A stretch of 54,605 nt of DNA from Candidatus Heimdallarchaeota archaeon (GTDB taxonomy: Archaea; Asgardarchaeota; Heimdallarchaeia; Heimdallarchaeales; Heimdallarchaeaceae). Made by a program: the position numbers and the translations under genes. The stretch's first letter is position 1. Each line of letters begins with the position of its first letter. The stretch is from positions 1 to 54,605 of the forward strand of contig DAOVET010000009.1 of assembly GCA_030668825.1 (NCBI GenBank), in the 5' to 3' direction. The notes below the pieces were generated by a model. That model searched no databases. It worked only from the letters and a program-made list of their open reading frames with translations, and was not told the origin of the DNA. This document shows, piece after piece, positions 49,681-54,605 of the stretch.

Positions 49681-49793
49681 TAGAACAGAGCCCTTTAATT
49701 ATTGGGCTTTCTTAAAACTTAACATCTACATTGCTCTGTCCATCAGAATCAGTTTTTTTTCCAGTAGAATTCTGGTGTGAGATACAGGGATTC

Positions 49794-50057
49794 TTATGAA
49801 ATTATTATTGTTTTCACTAAATTGGTTTGAACTAGGAAATTTTCAAGGTCTGTATTGACGTTATAATAAGTGAGCACAAAATTAATTGTTGAATCTACAA
49901 TAAATGAAGTGTTGAGAAAACCTCTAATTTGATAATTACCTGAGTTTTGGAGAGTAAAAGAGTAACCTTGTGATTTATTTGAGATTAAGTATTCCAATTT
50001 TGGTTCTTCTGCAATGATTTCAATATAACTAAATAATCTAAATGTGTCAAATAACAA
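49794..50057 (-). pseudogene. Probable fragment of a beta-sandwich surface protein
   Basis: Beta-strand-rich (SFTLQNSGNYQIRG); no signal peptide or clear start. Confidence 0.3.
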
Positions 50058-50060
50058 ATT

Positions 50061-50421
50061 ATTGTAAATGCTACAAGTCGTTCCTTAAAGTTACCTCTTG
50101 TAGAACTAAAACTTATTCCATCTTTCAATTCATATATTCTACTAGGAATACCAATTTCTGATAGAAGCTTTTTGCAAGAGTTTACTACTTTTGGATATTT
50201 AGATCATATAGCTTTTACTCTATTTCCATTTATTTTGAATCTTATTGGTCTTATGAAAATATTCTTATCAAGATGTGAGTTTTGCTTAATGAAGTCGTTC
50301 CAATCATATAATAATTCCGCAACTATTTCATCAGAGTGACCTCCAGCTTGCGATCTAGCAACTTTGATTGGATTAAGAGTTTCTTCATCAAAGAAAACAA
50401 AAGGTGAATAGTACTGGCAAT
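50061..50421 (-). pseudogene. Interrupted ORF remnant with a LAGLIDADG-like segment
   Basis: ~120 codons, one TGA at 50204-50206; SKYPKVVNSCKKLLSEIGIPSRIYE. Confidence 0.35.
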
Positions 50422-51477
50422 CTATTGTAATTCAATAGTTTTTACCCTCTTTTTTTTCCTATTTAGTATTACTACTGCAAAAATGAGAGTGGGTAAACCA
50501 ATTACTAAAAATGGGAAGTCAGTATTATTACCAGCATAAGCAAGCGCTATGAAATTATTAACATACCAATTATTAGCAATGATCGTGTCAAAGACTTTAT
50601 GAACTATCTTCATTTCATCTTCAGTGAAACCAGACTTATAATAGATTTTAATATCTATCACTCCTAAATCCCAACATTCTGAATAAAAAGAATATGTTTC
50701 ATTAAAAACTAATGGTTCTGAAAGATTAAGTAGAGGTAAATCTTCCTCTTCAGCCCAATTTGATTCTGGCCAATTCATGCTAAGATTATTGATCCCAAAT
50801 ATCACATTTTTTAGTGAGAGAAGGCTAGAAATTAGAATGTCATGAAATTCGTTATTTTCTATCCATTTTTCACCTTCATTTATGAATTTTGATGCCATAA
50901 TCCCATCCTTTGATTGGAAGTCTAAAATAGTCACATTACCACCAAGATGGCTTTCATTAAATGTCGAAAATTCTGTGTGATCAAGTGGTGCTAGATATTC
51001 TGCAAAAGCATATCCAAACTCAGAACTATCTGCAGGGATAATTGAAGGAACTACTTCTTCTACGTACCACCAGCGGTCATTATCAGAGTCAATTATGCTA
51101 GACAGTTGTTCATACATAGTTTTATCATCATGAGAGACATTTGCTAACAAGAAGTCTACTTTACCAGGTAACACGGTATCATTATAATTATAGACTAAAA
51201 TGTCATCTAAACCAGAGATTTGATGGGTTAACCAATTCAAATCCTCATTAATTCTATTTATTAGTATTTCATTCTCCTCATGTGTTTGACTGGTTTCATT
51301 GAAAATTAATAGTAGTGCTGTAAGATCCTCCTTTGTCAATCCATTTAGTTCTATAGAAATTAAAGAGTAGATAGATGGAATATCCATACTATTCACTGTA
51401 TTTATATTAGGGACAGAGAAAGAAGAAATAAGTAAGAACATGAACAAGCAGATGAGAGATGTTTTTTTCTTTTTCAT
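50422..51477 (-). CDS. Secreted acidic protein with C-terminal membrane anchor (island cargo)
   Basis: Signal peptide; TDFPFLVIGLPTLIFAVVILNRKKKR. Confidence 0.8.
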   Translation of the reverse strand: MKKKKTSLICLFMFLLISSFSVPNINTVNSMDIPSIYSLISIELNGLTKEDLTALLLIFNETSQTHEENEILINRINEDLNWLTHQISGLDDILVYNYNDTVLPGKVDFLLANVSHDDKTMYEQLSSIIDSDNDRWWYVEEVVPSIIPADSSEFGYAFAEYLAPLDHTEFSTFNESHLGGNVTILDFQSKDGIMASKFINEGEKWIENNEFHDILISSLLSLKNVIFGINNLSMNWPESNWAEEEDLPLLNLSEPLVFNETYSFYSECWDLGVIDIKIYYKSGFTEDEMKIVHKVFDTIIANNWYVNNFIALAYAGNNTDFPFLVIGLPTLIFAVVILNRKKKRVKTIELQ

Positions 51478-51496
51478 TATTCGTCTTCCTATTTAA

Positions 51497-52630
51497 TTAT
51501 GGCGGATGACATAAGTAAAGCGCTGTCTGCAAATCGTTGAAATCCATTGGATTTTGATCCCAACCTGGATAGTTTGTGGTAATCCAATTATAAGCGGTAT
51601 CAAACGCTGTGTCTGAATCAGAATAATAATTATAGAACCTTTGACACATTTTTCGTAGAAAAGGGCTATACATATGATCTATTCTGTATGCTAGTGACCA
51701 ACTAGGATCATAACCCATTAGCTGGTGCCAAGCACTTTCGTCCCACTCACAAGCTACCATCACATGCTTTTTGTTGGTTAATTCTTTTCCTCTGTAGAGA
51801 AACCCTTCTGAATGGCAACTATCCATGATATATATTAAGTTATCAGTTTCTAAATCAGTTAACCAACCTTTCAGTTCGATAGCAGCAACACCCTTATAGT
51901 AAGGTGTCCACCCTAATTCATGAAACCATGTGGTTGTATGAGAATGTGTCCACGCATCCCAATTTGGTGGTGCACCCACAGCATGTCCATGTGCTGAAAA
52001 TAGAACTACTACAATGTCTTTTTGTTTTTCTTTTGTATCTAAAGTATCTAATATACTAATTACATCATCATCGTCCCAATCATAATGAGTAGCGAAATAA
52101 CCAGGGATGTATTTCGCCCTATCGCTTAGAAGCATATCTCTAAATGGTTCTATATTACTTCTCCATCTATATTGCCAAGAATATTCATCATCGAAATCAA
52201 ATCCAAAACCAACGAAATGACACATGGGTGGATCTACTGTGAATGATACACTATCCATAACAACACTTTGAGTAATTATGCTAAAAGGACTAGGACCCCC
52301 ACTGACTGAAACTGAAACAGTAAAAGTATGTAATCCTCTACCATACTTATCTATAAAGTTCTTTGCATCATATTGAATATTTGCTCCTACATGATGGAGA
52401 GAGTAATCTAACTGTCCATCAATATATGTTTTATATGATTGATATGAACCAACGATGATGAATTTGAAAGTGATATAATCACCGTTTAAGAGACCGTTAA
52501 ATTGTTGACCATTAGTAGGTTTCTGAATAGTGGTTGATGTAGCTCTTACTTCTTTAATGAGAATTGTGCTACTAAGAAATACGATTGTAAAAAAAACAAA
52601 AAAAGCTAATCTATATTGCTTTTTTTTCAT
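51497..52630 (-). CDS. Secreted caspase-hemoglobinase-fold (clan CD, C13/C14-like) cysteine peptidase with N-terminal Ig-like domain
   Basis: Signal peptide; VVLFSAHG and YIMDSCHSEGF His/Cys dyad; GGAGG SD. Confidence 0.78.
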   Translation of the reverse strand: MKKKQYRLAFFVFFTIVFLSSTILIKEVRATSTTIQKPTNGQQFNGLLNGDYITFKFIIVGSYQSYKTYIDGQLDYSLHHVGANIQYDAKNFIDKYGRGLHTFTVSVSVSGGPSPFSIITQSVVMDSVSFTVDPPMCHFVGFGFDFDDEYSWQYRWRSNIEPFRDMLLSDRAKYIPGYFATHYDWDDDDVISILDTLDTKEKQKDIVVVLFSAHGHAVGAPPNWDAWTHSHTTTWFHELGWTPYYKGVAAIELKGWLTDLETDNLIYIMDSCHSEGFLYRGKELTNKKHVMVACEWDESAWHQLMGYDPSWSLAYRIDHMYSPFLRKMCQRFYNYYSDSDTAFDTAYNWITTNYPGWDQNPMDFNDLQTALYLCHPP

Positions 52631-52648
52631 AGTTTAATTTCCTCCGTC

Positions 52649-52686
52649 TATACTGTTTTTCAATTTTGTTTTCTACAAACAGTATA
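52649..52686. promoter_or_regulatory. Perfect 10-bp inverted repeat between TATA and SD of the peptidase gene
   Basis: TATACTGTTT-N18-AAACAGTATA. Confidence 0.5.
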
Positions 52687-53024
52687 CTGCTTGTACAAGG
52701 TTTATTTATATATTTAAACTTTACCTACCACTTAGTACTTCCTCAATGAGTGCTACCATGTATCACCTCCTTCTGGATGTTGAAGCCATATACGGATTCG
52801 AGGTGAATTTCCCAGTTTAAATAGTGGTTAGTTCTGTCGAAAGTTCTATTAGACTATGTAATTATTAGAGGAAGGAAAAGAGAAAAATCAATACTAGAGG
52901 AAGAGAAAGCCAGATTTTTGTTGGAGAATAAAAGTCGAAAAGAAGGATCGACTTTGAAAGCTTGTCTTTAAAAGTAGATTACTAGTACTGAAATTTCAGC
53001 CTTCTAAACTCGTTTTTATTACTA

Positions 53025-53109
53025 AAGTTGTTTATAAGAAACGACTGTATTGAGAAAAGTCGTCTAAAAGATACGATGTAGTGATATTAAGTCGTCTTGT
53101 GGACACGAT
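53025..53109. repeat. Three 21-bp quasi-palindromic units at exact 32-bp period
   Basis: AAGTTGTTTATAAGAAACGAC (53025), AAGTCGTCTAAAAGATACGAT (53057), AAGTCGTCTTGTGGACACGAT (53089). Confidence 0.8.
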
Positions 53110-53111
53110 CT

Positions 53112-53210
53112 GTCTGTGGTAGTATGTTCTTGCTACCTGGACAACCTCCAGTTCCAGCTGCTAATAAAATGGACTATACAGAAGATGGAGAAATTATAGG
53201 GTTAAACTAA
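53112..53210 (+). pseudogene. fhs: Orphan 3' end of formate--tetrahydrofolate ligase
   Basis: [32 protein letters not shown] matches the Fhs C-terminal pattern (LTGDIMTMPGLPKxPAAxxIDxDEDGxIxGLF). Confidence 0.78.
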
Positions 53211-53541
53211 CCCTACTTTTACCATTTTTAAAAACTCCAATTCTGGAAGATATATTCTATTATATCTCCAATTTTTTTACTCTCTTGTTTGTTTAGTATC
53301 AACCTACAAAATTCGTTGATTATTTTATCTACATAGTATTGAAATAGGTTATTGTGACTTGGAAACCCTGAAGTCTTAATATTAAAAACTATATTATGTC
53401 ATTTATAGTCAAGAAAATACAAATAAGATTCATAGACATCAATAATTTCCCCTGCAATTCAATAACTAAAATATTTTCAAGTTCCTGTTCAAACTGTTGT
53501 TATACCTTTTCCCACTCTTTTTCTTTTTTTCATAATCTTTT

Positions 53542-53805
53542 CTAGGATAGTGCAGTCATCAAGATAATACTTGTAAGTCTCTCGTATTTTTCTTTTAAAC
53601 TATTTAATTTTGTTTGAGCGTAATTAATCCAATCTGTCCAGTTGTTTTTATTAAGTTCTTTAATAGTTGTTTCATGACCAGATAGAGTGATATTTTCAAC
53701 AGCATAACCTTGTTTTTCAAGGAATTCAGCTAAAGGTTTCATTTCAAAATGTGCTCCAGTAAAACCATGTATTAAAAGAAAGCTGATTGTTGTAATCTCA
53801 CTCAC
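53542..53805 (-). pseudogene. Truncated 5' duplicate of the carboxylesterase gene
   Basis: 52/77 aa identical to the 48629-49363 N-terminus; ends before GxSxG. Confidence 0.92.
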
Positions 53806-53836
53806 AAAATAATGAATAATAACTGATTAATAAAAA

Positions 53837-54523
53837 TTGTTAATCATATTGACTCTAAACTTATTAGAAAGAAGAAAAACTCATAAACAAGGAAGAAGAT
53901 TAATTATTGTGATAGACCCTAGAATTTTCTGGACCTTAATAGGTATACTCTCTTTTCTAGTTTCCATAAGAGCTATTATTACTATATACCGCGGAATAAG
54001 ATATGAATATTTGCAAGTTTCAGGTTTTGCTCTACTTATATTATCTTTAACTCTAACTGGATCATATTCTTATATCTACTATGTAGGAAATGAAGAAATC
54101 GTCTACTTATCATTAAGTTTAACCTTAGCCCTTCTTTCAGTGGTCCTCATTTTAGCGGGTACTCTATCTTCTAGTCGACGATGGGTTAGACGAAGAGGGA
54201 CAGAAAATCTGAATAGATTCACCAATCTCCTTATCTTTGCTTACATCCGAAATCCAGTATCTTTAGGTATGATGCTTATTTCAATATCAATGATATTCTA
54301 TATTCATTCATTATTATCTAATATACTTGCAGGTGTTGCTTTTTTGTTTTTCATGTTTTCATCGTTTGAAAAAGACACTTTTTTCAAAGAGCTGTATGGA
54401 TATCCATACAAAGTATATTCAAAAACAGTTCCAAGATTCAACTTTGTTCATGGATTAATTAAAGCGATTATTGTGAACAAAAAAGCTCAAGATGAGAATA
54501 GAGGTAACCTCTTAGATTCATAA
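53837..54523 (+). CDS. ICMT/PEMT-family membrane methyltransferase-like protein
   Basis: YIRNPVSLG, FEKDTFFKELYGYPYKVYSKTVPRF; start probably downstream of the annotated one. Confidence 0.7.
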   Translation: MLIILTLNLLERRKTHKQGRRLIIVIDPRIFWTLIGILSFLVSIRAIITIYRGIRYEYLQVSGFALLILSLTLTGSYSYIYYVGNEEIVYLSLSLTLALLSVVLILAGTLSSSRRWVRRRGTENLNRFTNLLIFAYIRNPVSLGMMLISISMIFYIHSLLSNILAGVAFLFFMFSSFEKDTFFKELYGYPYKVYSKTVPRFNFVHGLIKAIIVNKKAQDENRGNLLDS

Positions 54524-54605
54524 GAAAAAGATATTTGGGCTATTCTTAATCTACTTAATTATATCAGTAAGTATAGCCGGGCATATATCGGTTATACCAT
54601 CAATT

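Noticed and set aside
49574-49780. 68-aa plus-strand ORF
   Set aside because: Antisense to the PIP-box remnant; no recognisable features
52835-53105. Complete MITE bounded by TGTC...GACA
   Set aside because: Ends match only weakly and the flanks (AGTTC vs CGATC) are not a target-site duplication
53025-53109. Mini CRISPR array
   Set aside because: 11-bp spacers, degenerate 21-bp units, and no cas genes
53228-53540. Further degraded minus-strand ORF
   Set aside because: Multiple stops and a frameshift; no family recognisable

Overview
AT-rich archaeal chromosomal window, most likely from an Asgard archaeon (Heimdallarchaeia-like). That assignment is inferred from an A-type ATPase, a Rab-like GTPase, PCI, longin/DENN-like and TPR proteins, and TATA boxes about 25 bp upstream of leaderless starts. 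Core content: a complete but rearranged A1AO ATP synthase locus (atpC and atpF inverted, a USP gene embedded), acyl-CoA ligase, NSAR/OSBS plus GNAT pair, Rab-like GTPase, two radical SAM enzymes (one SPASM-type next to a small ORF), a TusA-SQR-TusA-DsrE2-DsrE-HTH sulfur-relay operon, M14 peptidase, wecB, TauE and an esterase. The most unusual signals are: (i) two accessory islands of secreted or surface-protein genes, each bracketed by a diverged, broken duplicate of the end of the flanking host gene; one also carries three 32-bp-period repeats abutting an orphan fhs 3' end (att-site or transposon-end-like); (ii) an inactivated CofD domain fused to a PCI-like domain and a C2H2 finger; (iii) three proteins with apparently dead small-GTPase folds, two behind a shared longin/uDENN-like domain. 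I found no tRNA, rRNA, CRISPR array or intact integrase/transposase. All calls are by-eye motif recognition; no database searches were run.
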